Source: the human T2T-CHM13v2.0 reference genome, Homo sapiens
Length of the DNA stretch: 64,000 nucleotides
NCBI RefSeq assembly: GCF_009914755.1
Contig: NC_060927.1
Direction: 5' to 3' (one strand)
Positions 36,883-51,281 of this stretch are shown here, one piece after another. The stretch's first letter is position 1; each line of letters opens with the position of its first letter. The position numbers and the translations under genes are program-made. The notes below the pieces were generated by a model. The model was given only the letters and a program-made list of their open reading frames with translations, was not told where the DNA came from and searched no databases.

Positions 36883-37360
36883 CCAGAGAGGCAATGTGAC
36901 ACACAGGAGGTGAGGGACCATAGGTGTGAATCCTGTTCACCCAGACCTAGCCAACTCACCTAAAATAAATCACTGGACCTATGTAACAGTGATTTCTTAA
37001 GCAGCAAAACTTGGATAATAATACATTCCTATAAAGTTGTTGTAAGGATTAAGCAAGGTTATATAGATGAGAATACCTGGCACATAAAGAATATTAAATA
37101 CAAGATTCAGAGACAGAACCTTGTGCACATGGACATATGTGTCTTGGGACTAATGTACTTGTGTTCAATTTCCAGTTCTGGACTTACTAACAATGTAACC
37201 TTGGATTAGTTACTTTAGCATTCTGAGTCCCCAATTTCCAATTTGCAAAATGGTACCGATGAGCTCTCCTTGGTAAAGCTGGATTGAGTAAGGATATTTA
37301 ATGTGTGTTAGGCATCTAGCAGTGTGCAGCACAAAGAAGGCACTCAGCATGTGAGCTTTT
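36883..37360 (+). mobile_element. Two tandem MIR remnants
   Basis: gagaggcaatgtg...gttgttgtaaggattaag...cctggcacata, then ttcaatttccagttctg...tgtaaccttgga...ggcactcagcatgtgagct. Confidence 0.7.
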
Positions 37361-37429
37361 ATCCACGTCTAAACCGAAGTTTACTTTATAATGATGGCTT
37401 AGTCCTGAGCCTTCTATATCCCAATGAAT

Positions 37430-38280
37430 TCAAAATTGCTATATCCAGCCCAGACATTACCTTTGAATTCCCATGCCACCTACTTACTTGGCATTGCTAC
37501 CAGAACCCCAGACTTAACATGTCCCAAACTGAACTCCCTGAACTGAATACCAACTATCATCCATCATCCCCTACATTGTGACTGAAATTCACATCTTGTC
37601 ACCATTCTTCACCAGCTGCTCATTCCCTGCCCAACATTCCCTACCCCGATTTTATGTACCTGCTGCATCTCTTCCTTCAAGTCTGAGCTTAAGTATAGTC
37701 ATGGAGAGGCTTTCTTTGTTCATGCAATCCAAGTAGATCCACGAAGCTTTTCTGTTTCTTAACATCCTACACTTTACCTTTATATATGTATCATTATGTA
37801 TATAATGCATGTTTATTTATTTATTTACTTGTTTATTGTCCATCTTTCTCAATACTGGAAACTCTAATGCTTTTTTTTTTAACAGAGTGAGTGAATAAAC
37901 AACTACGATTTGTGGCAAGTTGCATTTATTTGTTTATATTCTCCTACGTGCATGTGATGTTATCAAAATGAGTTCAGCATAATATTCATTCATTTGTTCA
38001 TTCATTCAAGAAATGTTCTGACGTGTCCTGGGCCCTGAGGTAGGGCAAAAGATAAACTAAAGTAAATGTGACACATTTCCTACCATTGATGTGCTTCCTT
38101 TCTTGATGGAAAGATAGATGAACAAACGAAACCCAACATAGAGTAATTAATGCTTTAATAGTGCTGTAGGAAAAGTCATTGGAGGGACAACATAATTCAG
38201 CTGAAGAGTTTCAGAAACAAGGCATCATAACATGGGTGATATATTAGCTGGGACTTGAAGAAAGTTGACCTATTGGAGAA
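37430..38280. mobile_element. L2 fragments in both orientations
   Basis: atatccagcccagac...aacatgtcccaaactgaactc (+); cattcatttgttcattcattcaag tail (-) at ~37985. Confidence 0.65.
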
Positions 38281-40096
38281 CAGCCTTCTTCCAGAGGATA
38301 AGTCGGCAGAACATGATCATACTTGATTAATGGCTACTAGAAAATAATGAATCACATGTCTAATTTCTACATTAGAAAAATAAATTAATGGCAAGTAGAT
38401 TTATTTTTATGTAAGGAATATTATACAATAAGAGATAGTCATCATATTTTACATTTTCCTTTTACATATAAACACTTCCCCTTAGACAATCTAAAATCTT
38501 CATATCTTCTCTTCCTTTCTTATATATTTATTGTTACCTCTTTTCCAGTGAAGGGCCCTTTGCTTCTGAACATTCTTTCCTGACAGAGCTTATTTACTTG
38601 GATGAATGTTGAAAGAATATTTATTACTCTCTCAGGTAACATTCCATGAGTCATTTGCAGTGAATATTCTGTTTGGTTGTTAGGCACTTTGTAGGCCTGA
38701 GTGACAATACTTTTATGTAGTATATGGTTGGCATATTGTACATCCCCTAATTCATTTAATGGAAATATCAGTCAAAATATAAGGATAAAATTAAAACCTG
38801 ATAAAAAGCTTCAAAGCCACAAAAAATTCTTAGAGCAACTGGAGGACCCAAAGCATTAAAAACTTTTGGGCACTAAATCAGAGACTAGATTTTCTTTCTT
38901 TTTGTTTTTGCCTTGGCAATTTATTTGGCTCTATGCACCAAAAGACAAGCCTTAAAGATAACAAGGCTTTTATGCACTATCACTGAAAAATTTTGGCTTA
39001 TCCTTTAAGGGATTTTTCTTTTATGCAACCATACCCATATTTACCCAAGAATTTTTAGAAGCCATTTAACAAGCAGAGATTGAGAAAGTGATTATCAAGT
39101 CTGGGCTCAGGAGAAAAAGTACTTCAGCCTGGGTAAACATTTTTGTGGTGGAGAAAAACAAGGCATTAAAGTGTGGAGGCGATTAATGTTTCTGTTTTGA
39201 ACTTCATGTTGTAAGACTCTCCAAACTCCATGTGGGTGGAAAAATCTGAGGTTCAGGCTGAAACAGGAACTGCAATTCTCTGAAATTCCGCACAAGAATA
39301 TTTTGTTTTTCATTTGAGAATTTGGTAAACAAGTTTGCCCCTGCAATAAACAGAGACTGTGACAGTACCCTGCAGGAATTATACTGCAGATGTTTGAAAA
39401 CACGAACCTTCAAAAGCATAGGTAAATTACATTCTCTCAAGAACGAATATTTCTATGCTACTTAGAATCATGTCTTGCTTCGTATTTTAATCTTCTACCC
39501 TATTGCAAGGGACAGGTGACTTTCTATATTTACCTCAGAAAGAAATAGAAACAGGTAAAGACAGTAAGCTAAGTTTTAGATTTGAAATCGCCACCTAGAA
39601 ATTGTTCCCTAGAAGCCAACTAAATATCCTAAAGTTGTTTTCCTAGTCAACATATCATTTCTTATGTGTATTTATTCTTCCATATAACATGTTTGCTCAA
39701 AAATAAGATGCAAAAAAATAGCTACTGTACACTGAATGACATAGTTTGCCAAGCAATGTCTTTGGCATCTTGTACACATTAACTGAATCTTCACAATAAC
39801 TTTATGATATAGATGACAATGAAGGTTCACAAGTTGAAGCAGTAGGAATATAATGCTATTTCATGAAAATTCGCTGAACTTTTATGAAGGCCCTTTAAAT
39901 TTATACTTGAAATAAATATTATATGAAATACAGAAGCTCCTATGAAACAAAATATAAAAAGAACATTGTGACTAAAAACATCACAACATTTGGGATGTGT
40001 AAATTATACTTGAACACCTTGCTTTAATACATAAAATAATACTAATAAACTTAATAATAGATAATTATCAATTATCTATTGGTAATTACCCTCTAA

Positions 40097-40498
<402 letters not shown>

Positions 40499-40703
40499 TG
40501 AAATAGCACAGGATGTGTTTTTGGTGGCTGCTTTTATGTAATACAGAGTTTTCATGAACTATTTACTATTTGTCAACAATCTGGCAGACAGTAGCACATC
40601 AGACAGTATATGAACTAGAAATTGAGTATTATTTCATCACTTTTATGGGATTGCAGAATTTTATCTACATTGTTGAAAAAAAGAGAAATATGTAAGACTA
40701 GAA

Positions 40704-40924
40704 TAGGGGCCAGCAACCTTTTTCTGTAAAACACCAGATAGCTATTACAGGCTTCACAGGCCACACAATCTTGCTCACTCCCACTCAACTCCACTGTTGT
40801 AGTATTAAAAAAGCAGCAGGGACAAGATGTGAACTAATAGGTGTGACTGTATTTTAACAAAATTTTACTTATGTATTTACTACAGGCAATGTTTGGCAGG
40901 CAGGTCATAGTTTGCCAACTTCTG
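40704..40924. mobile_element. MER58A hAT-Charlie MITE
   Basis: taggggccagcaacctttttctgtaaa...actcaactccactgttgtag...catagtttgccaacttctg. Confidence 0.85.
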
Positions 40925-41174
40925 TGATACAGTATGACTCCTTATCTCCATACTGTTAAATCTGAGGTTAATGAATGACTCAGTAAAGTAATACTCAGGA
41001 GAATTACAAATGATTTATTATTAGACTGTGCTTCTCTGGAGGCCTAGTCTCAACAACCTGGAAGGAAATATAATGTTCCCTTACCTTCTGCTCATTCGTA
41101 CTTTCCTCTGGATCCCACCTAGACAGCTCCTGTCGCTACCCTCTCCAGAACCATGGCTAAAACAGCATTCAGAG

Positions 41175-41240
41175 GCACTCCAGCGTGGGAGACAGAGTGA
41201 GACTCCATCTAAACAAAATAACAAACAAGCAAGCAAAAAA
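41175..41240 (+). mobile_element. Severely 5'-truncated Alu (last ~35 bp plus tail)
   Basis: gcactccagcgtgggagacagagtgagactccatct followed by an A-rich tail. Confidence 0.85.
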
Positions 41241-43936
41241 GGACATTCCTAGCCTATACCCGCAAAAACAGTGATACAACTCTATACTTTACCCACACTT
41301 GCTCACATACCCAATTTATAGATCTCTAGTTCTTTTAATGCATTTAGTTTTAGAATCCTACCAATTTGCTAACTGTTTTACTCTACTTGCCTCCACATGT
41401 GTATTTTCCTCTGGTGTATTTTGTTTTATTTTTTAAATGTCAATCTTCTCAAATATTACCATCCCATTTGTCTTGGCTCTCCCTAACATAGTATGTTGCC
41501 AACACAAACTTTTATAGAATTTAACTGAATGTAAAAGAAAAAAAGATTAATAAATTTCAAGTCTTTCCATCTAATATCATGCATGAGGAGTAAGGTTTTT
41601 TATTAGCTCTTTCTACAGACATCACTACAGAAGCACTATATGTGAGATCTATTGCCGTTTATATGGGATATAAAAATATAAAACTCAGGGCTATCTTCAA
41701 AAAGTTTACAGATTAAATAAGTGACATCATAAGATGGAATAATAAGAGCTTTCAGTATTTTATTCCTCACAGAAACATCAATTTGAACAACCAGCTATGC
41801 TCCAAAGTGTCTTTACAAGAGCTAAGGTACCCAAATGAGAAATTATGGCACCTAGGTGGAGCACAGAACTACGAAAAGACACATTGAAGGGGGTAGAAAG
41901 AATAGTTTTATATCATCTGTATTATTCCTTCCCCAAGCCCACACACTGCAGTATAATGAGAGACACCCTTGCATGGGGAAAGGAGAAATGAGCACTTAAC
42001 TTTGCTGCAGACCCCAGCACCAGAACTGTTCCAGTAAATCCAGCACGAAGCTGAAGTCTGGCTCCAGTATCTATGCGTGCTTCTGTGGACACAGACTTCA
42101 AGCCCACTCAGACACCAGGACAGCCCTCACAGCACCTGGTTCCAGATCCAGCCCTGTAGACTCAGGCCCATGGCCCACCTCAATGACATGATATCCTTCA
42201 TGGACCCTGGTGCTAGGTTAACTCATGTCAATTAGATGTCAGGTCTACCCTAGTGGGCCCAGGCTCCAGACATACCCTCTGGATCCCAGGAATTATGCCA
42301 GCCCCTGTGGACACAGGTACCAGGCCCAGTTGTCTGCTGATCCAGGTACCAGGCCAGTCTTCCCAAGGAATGTAGCAACAAAACCACCTATAGACTCTGC
42401 AAGTTAGTCTGCCCAGAATCTCTGAATGAGCTTACTGGAGTAGGGCTTTCCCTGCCCAAGCCAGTCTGTAAAGACTGGAAGAGGTACCTATTTTTTCAAA
42501 TACGTAGTCACCAATGCAAGACCATAAATACTAGGAATAATCAGGGAAACATAATACCACCAAAGAAACAAAATAAAACACCAGTAATCAACCTCAAGAA
42601 AGTGGAGTTCTACAAACTTCCTGACAAGGAATTAACAATATTATCTTAAAGAAGCTCAGTGAGCTAAAAATGAACAAAGATACACAACTAAATGGAAACA
42701 GGAAAACAATACATGCACAAAATTAGAAGTTCAACAAAGAGATAGAAACCACATGAAAGACCCTAACAAAAATTATGGAGCTGAAGAACACAATGACTGA
42801 GCTAAAAAATTATAAACAGAGTTTCATCAGCAGACTTGAGAAAGCAGAAGAAAGAATCAGTGAGCTCTAAGACAAGTCGTTTGGGATTACCCAATCAGAG
42901 GAACAAGAAGAAACACAAATGAAAAAAAATAGAGAAAACCTGTAATGGGACACCATCAAGCAAACCAATATTCACATCATGGAAATCTCAGAAGAAGCTG
43001 ATATTTCAGCGGATATTTCAGATTCTTCTGAGAGGGTGCTAAGGAGGGGGCTAAAAGCTTACTTAAAGAAATAATGACAGAAACCATTACAGATCAGGAG
43101 ACGAAAATGAACATCTGGAGAGAAACCTGATGAACCCAGGATAGACTAAAAATAAAGAGATTTTAACTGAGACATGTAATCAAATTCTAAAAAGACAGAG
43201 AGAATATTAGAAGCAGCAAGAAAAGAGTGCCTTATCACTTAAAAGGGAAACTTAACAATACTATCAGTGGATTTCTAAGCAGAAACCTTGCAAGCCAGTA
43301 AAAACTAGGATACTACATTTAAAGTACTAAAGAAAACAGTGTCAACCAAGAATATTATACTTAATGAAGTTATTCTTCAGAAATGAAGGAAAGAGAAAGA
43401 CCTTCACAGGCAAACAAAGGTTGAGGGAGTTCAACATCACTAGGCCTGACTTACAAGAAATGTTAAAGGAAATTAAAGTTAAAATAAAATGATGCTTACT
43501 AACCACATGAAAACATATGAAAGTAAAAAATTACCAGTAAAAATAAGAATATAGTCAAATTTGAAATATAGTCAAATATTCCAAATTCTAAAATTAGAAT
43601 ATTCCAAATTCTAATATTATAGTGGTGGTATATAAATCAATTTAATATAAAAGTTAAAATATAAAAGTATTAAAAAATCATATCTATGATACTTTTTAAC
43701 AGATATGAAATATAAAGAGATGTAAATTGTGACGTCAATGACCTGAAATCGAGGAGAGAAGTTAAGATGTAGAGTTCTTGTATTTGGTCAAAGTTAAGTT
43801 GTTATTAGCTTAAAATTGACTGCTATAACTGTAAGATATTTATGTAAGCCTCATAGTAACCACAAAGAAAAAAACCTGTAGTCAATATGTAAAAGATAAA
43901 GAATCAAAACATACCACTACAAACAAAATCCTCAAA

Positions 43937-43937
<1 letters not shown>

Positions 43938-43985
<48 letters not shown>
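43938..43985. repeat. (CA)24 microsatellite
   Basis: Counted directly. Confidence 0.97.
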
Positions 43986-43988
<3 letters not shown>

Positions 43989-46260
43989 CAAAGGAAGACA
44001 CAAAGTCTTTATAAAACAATAGCAAAAGGATGAAATGGCAATAATAAATCCTAATCTATAATAATTACTTTAAACATAAATGGATCAAATTATCCAATCA
44101 AAAGGCAGAGTAACTGAATGGATTAAAAAATAGCAACAGCAACTGATGTCCAGCTATATACTCCCTATAGGAGATACACTTTAGTTTTGAGGACACAAGT
44201 GAAAAGATGAAAAGACATTCTATATAAATGATAACCAAAAGAGAATCGAAGTGCTTATATTTATAACAGACAAAATAGAAATTAAGTAAAAAACTGTCAT
44301 AAGAGAAAATAAATCATTATATAATAAAAGAGGTCAATACTTCAAGAGGATATAAATATATACATATGTATGCATTCATCATCAATGCATCTAAATAAAT
44401 AAAGCAAACATTAACAGAAATTAAAGGAGAAATAGACAGCAATACCCTAATAGTAGAGGATTTCAATACCCCACTTCAAACAATGAATAGATCATTTAGA
44501 AAGAAAATTATTAGAAAACAGAAGACTTGAACAATATGATAGATTAACTGGACCTAACAGATGTGTAAAGAACATTCCATCCAACTGCAGCAGAACACAT
44601 ATTATTTTTATGTGCATGTGGAACATTCTCTGGGATAGATAATATGTTAGGACACAAAATGCATCTTAATAAATTTAAGACAATTGAAATCATATCAAGT
44701 ATGTTTTCTGACTACAATAGTGTAAAAGAAGAAATCAATAATGGATAAAAATTGGAAAACTCATAAATATGTACAAATTAAACAATACATCCCTGCACAT
44801 ATGTGTTGTATTTGCACATATTTATGAGTTTCCCAATTCTAGCAAATATTTAAAGAAGAATTAATATCAACGCTTTTCAAACTGTTCTAAGAAACTGAAG
44901 AGGAGAGGGCACTTCTAAACATATGTTGCATTGCCAGCATTATCCTGACACCAAGGCCAGAAGAGGATGCTATAAGAAAAGAAAATTAAAGGCCAGTATT
45001 ACTGATGTATACATAGGCAAAAATCCTCAACAAAATTTTGAGGCAAAACAAACTCAACAGCACACCAAAATTCTCTTACATCATAATCCAGTGAGATTTA
45101 TGCTTGAATTACAAATATGTCTAGACATACACAAATGGATAAATGTGGCATACATCAACAGAATGTTAATTATTTTAATGCATTACATTAACCAAATGTA
45201 GCATAAAATTATATGATTATTTCAATAGATGCAGAGAAAGCATTTAACAAAACTTAAAATTCTTTTATAATAAAAACTATCCATAAGTTAGGTATAGAAG
45301 GAAGAACCTCAACATAATAAAAAATTAGACTTTGAGAAAACCTTTAAAATTTTGGGCATGAAAGGGAAGTATCAGAGTAGAAAGGTAAACTAGAAAATGG
45401 GGAAAAATTGTAAATCATATATTTAATATGGGATTAATATCCAGAATAGCTAAATAACTTTTAAACTCACCACAGAAAAATGAACATCCAGATTAAAAAA
45501 TGAAGAAAGGACTTGTTCAGATATTTCAGAACAGACATTTCTCCAAAGAAGATATACAAATGGGCAAGAAGCACGTGAGAAGATGCTCATCATTCCTAAT
45601 CACTAGGGAAATGGAAATCAAAACTACAATGAGATACCACCCCACACACCCATTGGAATGACTACTATCAAAAGAGCAGAAAGTAACAAGTGTTGGTGAC
45701 AGTGCAAATAAATTGAAACTCTTGTGCACTGTTGGTAGAAATACAAAATGGTAGCACTGCTGTGGAAAACAATATGGTTATTCCTCAAACAATTAAAAAT
45801 AGAATTACCATGTGATGCAGCAATTCCACTTCTGGGTATATGCCCAAAATAATTGAATTCAGTCTCCAAGAGATATATGTACATCTATGTTCCTAGCAGC
45901 ATTATTCACAATAACTAAAATGTGGAAGCAACACAAGTGTCCATAAACATGTGAATGGATAAACCAAATGTGGTATATACTCACGATGGAATATTACTAA
46001 GCTTTAAAAAGGAAGAAAATATTGACACGTTACAACATGGATGAACCTTGACAACAATGTGCTAAGTGAAATAAGTCAGCTACAAAGAGGCAAATACTGT
46101 ATGATTCTACTTATATGAAGTTATATGAAGTACTTAGAGTAATCAAAATCGTACAGACAGAAGTAGAAGGATTGTTGTCAAGGGCTAGGGAGAGGGAAGA
46201 ATGGAGAGTTATTGTTTACTGGGTATAGAGTTTCAGTTTTACCAGATGAAAAGTGTTGTG

Positions 46261-46557
46261 GGCTGGGCGCTGTGGCTCACGCCTATAATCCCAGCACTTT
46301 GAGAGGCTGAGGTGGGTGGATCACAGGGTCAGGAATTCAAGACCAGCCCGGCCAACATAGTGAAACCCCGTCTCTACTAAAAAATACAAAAAATAAGCCA
46401 GGCGTGGTGGCGGGCGCCTGTAATCCCAGCTACTCAGGAGGCTGAGGCAGGAGAATCGCCTGAAACTGGGAGGCGGAGGTTTCAGTGAGCTAAGATTATG
46501 CCATTGCACTCCAGCCCAGGCAATAGTGTGAGACTCTGTCTCAAAAAAAAAAAAAAA
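46261..46557 (+). mobile_element. AluS (Sg-like) inserted in the L1MB 3'UTR
   Basis: Full Alu with pure poly-A; TSD aaaagtgttgtg at 46249-46260 and 46558-46569. Confidence 0.97.
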
Positions 46558-47564
46558 AAAAGTGTTGTGGAGATAGACGATGGTGATGGTGATGGCTGCA
46601 CAACAATATGAGTGTATTTAATGCCACCGAACTGACATTAAAAAATGGTTAAATTGATAAATTTATGTTATGTATTTTGCCACAATAAAAAATTGTGAAA
46701 ATTGTGTACAACATTCTTAATCAAGTTCATAATATCAGTATAATGATTACAAATTTCAAACAAAAACAAAGTTTTTGGACACTATTGAAATTATACATTA
46801 GAAATAAACGACAACAGAAACCTAGCTCTATATGAATTGGAAGAGCATCTGAGAATGGCTCTTTCTTGTTAGTCTGCTGCTTTATATATTAAAAAAGGAT
46901 GCAGCAGTTGCCATGGCAAACTTCTGGCTCTGCTGAATGCTAGAACCTGGTATATAAGCCTAGGATTTGATGAAGCTATGTAATTTTGAAATGAACAGGC
47001 ATATTTCAGTCATTCACCTAATGTAGGTTTGAGTTCTCAAAAGAGGATATATTTGAGTTCAAGAAACACTAAATATCCTTGAAATTACAGACAATTTTTA
47101 ATATCAGGAATCTAGAATTCTAACATTTTTAGGGCATATAAATTATTGAGCAAGAAGTTAAAGAAATTATCTATGTCTTTTTTCCAGAGGCTGATTTTGT
47201 AACAAAATCTATCATTCCATTAATAAAAATGTTTTCTCTGCATTTTCATCATAGATTATAAAATGTAGTTTCAAATCTCATTCAGCAACATGAGGTACAT
47301 TGCACATATCTACAGCTATCCAACCGGGGTAACTTTCTAAGCTTTTTGGTCACTGGAATTCATTTGTATTCATCTCAATATTCTGTAGTATAATAAATGC
47401 ATGGTATTCATGTTAATGACATATACTCCATAAAAGTTTTAATTGTCATTCTGCATTAATTAAGCCTGAATTAATGAATGCTTTCAAAGTTTTGCAACAG
47501 TTGAATCACCAGTTCCCATCAAGCGTGACTGAAGCAGAATTAGCTCATTCTGAATGCTGAAGCC

Positions 47565-47568
<4 letters not shown>

Positions 47569-47610
<42 letters not shown>
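47569..47610. repeat. (AC)21 microsatellite
   Basis: Counted directly. Confidence 0.97.
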
Positions 47611-47614
<4 letters not shown>

Positions 47615-48129
47615 AAGAAGAGAGATACACAGAATTTCAGTCAATTATAATATTGAATAAGCAGAGTTTATTGGCAGAAATGCCAAATTCCAGGTGAAAT
47701 TTAAATCTAAGATCAATTTCTGGATTAATTTTGCTCCAAAATTTGTTTCAAGTAGACTGAATTTTTTTCTTTCATAATTTTTGTCATTCTTTTAAAAGTT
47801 TTGAACATTGTAATGTGAAACTTACCTATGTTACACCATGTTGGAAGTGGTGTCTGCATTCAGAGCTAAATTTCTGAGTGGTTTAGAGGTGGTGGGTGGA
47901 TGGGATCTAGGGTGAACCTACAATGTAATGCTAATTCTCTTCCCCCTTGTAATTCCAGAGCTAATCCTTAAAGGGGAAACATAATCCATCCCCCACCCTC
48001 GTTAGGAAAGTATCAAAATAGAAATTTAAGGAGGTTCAGTGAATCATCCAAGTTGCCAAAGGTAGAAGGAGGAAGCAGATGTAAAATTTCTGATTCTAAG
48101 TTTAATCTCTTTCTCCTCACTGGATAACT

Positions 48130-48645
48130 AATGAGGTCTTTGAATAACATAGAAGAAACAATAGAATTGAAAGCATCTACACATCCTACTATCTATACTG
48201 ACATGACTTTGGTATTCCACTGTCCTCACCAACAAAACCTTAATATTTCAGGAAGCCCTTTCCAGGAAAATAAATGTTATAAATTACTTTATTGCTTTTT
48301 GCAGGAACTTAAAATCTTCAATCAAAAGTATCAAACAACAGTTTACACTCTGAGATTCTGTGAATCCTTATATCAAAATCTTCCTCTTTCTGTGTTTACC
48401 AGTTCTACACTACTAATCATGATCTTTATGCAATCATGCCTTCCCCATACCCCAATTCCACATTGAAAGACCAGTCTTGCAGGAAACTTCAAAATCTCAA
48501 TAAATATCCCAAAGTCATTCTTCCACTCTCTAAGATGTCACTAAGATTGTTGGAGTAATGCTCTCTCTTACCACAGCAAGCAGTTAACAGCTTTGTCTTA
48601 TTAGAATGGTTACTTTATTGATACTTTGGGGAGACAGCTTTTGAG
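48130..48645 (+). mobile_element. Probable ERV1 solo LTR (MER34-like)
   Basis: 3' part ctctctcttaccacagcaagc...agctttgtcttatt...tttggggagacagc resembles remembered MER34-group ends; boundaries uncertain. Confidence 0.45.
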
Positions 48646-49388
48646 AGATAGGAGAAGTTTGATTGGATTGAAGTAGAATGAAATATGAGTTTGAGTTCCA
48701 GGTGGATAGAATTGGCTTTTGCCTTTTACTAGTATCTCAGAAATCATCCTCTCTTGGAGCTTCCTCTAATTCTCTGTTAAAAATCTGAATTTAATATCGG
48801 TGGGATCAGAGAACCCTGTGAAAACCTCAACATATCACTTTGCAAAGAATCTATATACTACATATAGCATTTATGAAGCATACAAATAAAACGTTATTAC
48901 TCCTACCCAAGTACTGAACTGGAAGATCACCATTAGCATTGAAGTTAACCTGCAGCCTCCAGCCCCAATTCGTCCTACTACCTCTCCCCACCCCTAGAGA
49001 GGACACTGTCCTGTTTTGCAACTCAAAGGTATTTTTTTCAAAATAAACGTTAAAATAATTTGAGCACATCTGTATGTCTGACTATAAAATATGCTTTTAA
49101 ATTAATTTTTAGTTTTCAGAAAAAGAAATCATCTTTTTCTCTAACTTTCCTTTAATACTGAATATAATGTTTCTGAGATTTACTTCCGCCATGGGTAGCT
49201 ATTGAACTTTCATTTTTACTGTTGTTTTCAAAATGTTTTTCACACATTTTGTGGGGTTGGAAAAAAATTATATTAAGTTTGAGGTGATTGCCTTAAAAAG
49301 AAATTCTTATTAGGGAAAAATGTCCTCTCTTTTTTTTTTTAATGCAGACACCTTGATAGAACTTTATTGATTGTGAAAGAGATGCCCC

Positions 49389-50360
49389 TGTGATATTATA
49401 ATGTAAATATTGGTTTTTGTCCACAATTCCTGGCTCATAACTCCCATGGCCCTTGTCACACTCTTCTGTTATAATATTGGGTCCCTTTAGCCTCAGACGT
49501 AGGCCTCAGAAAAGACAATCTCTCTCTCTGACCTTCTTATGCCTTCCTTTCACCTGCTACTTTTCTCCCAAAGGCAGAACATTAATCTTCTCTGCCTTTC
49601 CATCTTGGAGCTGGCTGTGACCTACCTTGTCTGACTGTGGCATCGTAAGAGCCTCATTTCAGGAGGCGTCCCATTCCGTACCCTGAAGGAAGGAATGCTG
49701 CACGGAAAGGCCAAGAAGAACCTGAATAGACAGGCCTTGCTTGGTTTCCCCACTCAGACTGTTACGTTAGATCATATGCCCTTTGTCCAATCACAATTCT
49801 CAATCATGCCTGTCCAGAGAAATCCCCATAAAAGGCCCAAGAGGACAGAGTTTAGAGAGGTTCCATACAGCTGAACATGTGGAGGTTCCTGGAGGGTGGT
49901 GCACCCCTGGAGGGCATTGAACCTCCACGTCCCTTCCCATACCTCACCATATGCATCTCTTTAACTGTATTCTTTGTGACATCTTTTACAACGAACTGGC
50001 AAATGTAAGTAAGTGTTTCTTTGAGTTTTGTGAGCTGCTCTGTCAAATTAATGAAACGTATGAAGAGGGTTGTGAGATCCCATATTTATGGCCCATTGGT
50101 AAGAAGCACAGGTAAAACAACCTGCAGCTTGTGATGGGCAGTCTGGTGGGACTGAGCCCTCAACCTGCGGGATCCAATGTTGTCTCAAAGTAGATAGTGT
50201 CAGAATTGAATTGGAGGACACCCAACTGGTATCTACTGCAGAATTAATTGCTTGCTTGTTAGCAGGGGAAAATCCTCATACATCCAGTCACAGAAGTCTT
50301 TTATGTTGATTGTTGATGTGTGATAGCAGAGAAAAAAGTTTGCAGTTTTAGTCATTCAGA
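49389..50360 (+). mobile_element. MER21A-like solo LTR
   Basis: tgtgatattataat...ttcctggctcataactccc...gaacatgtggaggttcctggagggtggtgc...gtagatagtgtcagaattgaattggaggacaccca. Confidence 0.88.
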
Positions 50361-51281
50361 TCCCTGGTGCAAGGTCAGGAAAGGGAAAACAGGAAAAGGA
50401 GCTCCATTTCTCTTCTTGTACTATGATGAGAGAAGTGGTGGTTGTGGGCTGACTGCTAGAAAGGGAAAGAAAGTACCATGGGCCAGAGGAGGTCCCTGAC
50501 CGTGGGCTAGCAGACTATGACCTATGGAGAAAGACATCAATGAGAAATGTCTGCAAAGCACCAGTGTCTCACTGTGTCCACTTCTGGCTCTCTAGTTACC
50601 CTCCATTATCCCTAACTCTTGTGTAAAAATGTCTATTACTAGCTAGATCTTGTGTTTGTAGGGCTTCAGGATATGAAATAAAAGGGGCAGTAACCATCCT
50701 TAGGACAAAGATGTGTGGAGACAACACAGCAGCTGCAGGAGGGAAGATGATGTTATAGGATAGAGAATTTAACACTAAGAAAGAATTTGGAGTAAGTGCT
50801 ATTCAGGCGTAAGAAACAGCCATGGAATTGCTCAAAAATGGGAGGCAGGAACATCACTGAACATCCTACAGTGTGTGGAATAAGGGCCAAAGCCATTTTA
50901 TCTAGAGATTGAAAGAAAGTGGGAGACTTCAAGAGGCTAGAAAACTAAGGACTGGCAATTATACACCGATTTATAATTACTGGGTTTTCCATTTCCCCAA
51001 AGAAACTCTAAGAATTGGTTTATATTTTCTCTCTCCTTAAGTCTATGTATTTATATTTCATGAATAAATAAGAGAAATAAATAAATAACTTTTGGAACAG
51101 AAACAAAGACTTCAGAAAGACCAAAGTGGAAGATACAGATATGGGAGTCATCTATTATATGTAGAATTTTAAATGGAGATGCAGATAAAAGAGAAAAGTT
51201 CATATAAAAAGAAGAGAAAGGATGTTTTCAAGTTGGAGAACAATCCTATTAGGATTAGGAAGTGAAAAAGCCCTTGTTCTG

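Larger units (their letters stand above)
41721..46697 (+). mobile_element. L1MB-type LINE-1 with 5'UTR, ORF1, internally deleted ORF2 and 3'UTR
   Basis: GC-richer 5'UTR ~41721-42500, ORF1-like ~42540-43500, EN ataattactttaaacataaatgga ~44061, RT atagatgcagagaaagcatt ~45225, 3' end ttatgttatgtattttgccacaataaaa. Large deletions near 44840 and 45320. Confidence 0.88.

Noticed and set aside
42050-42420. GC-richer degenerate repeats (ccctgtggac/ccaggcc) suggesting a promoter or exon
   Set aside because: Part of the L1MB 5'UTR and CpG-depleted.
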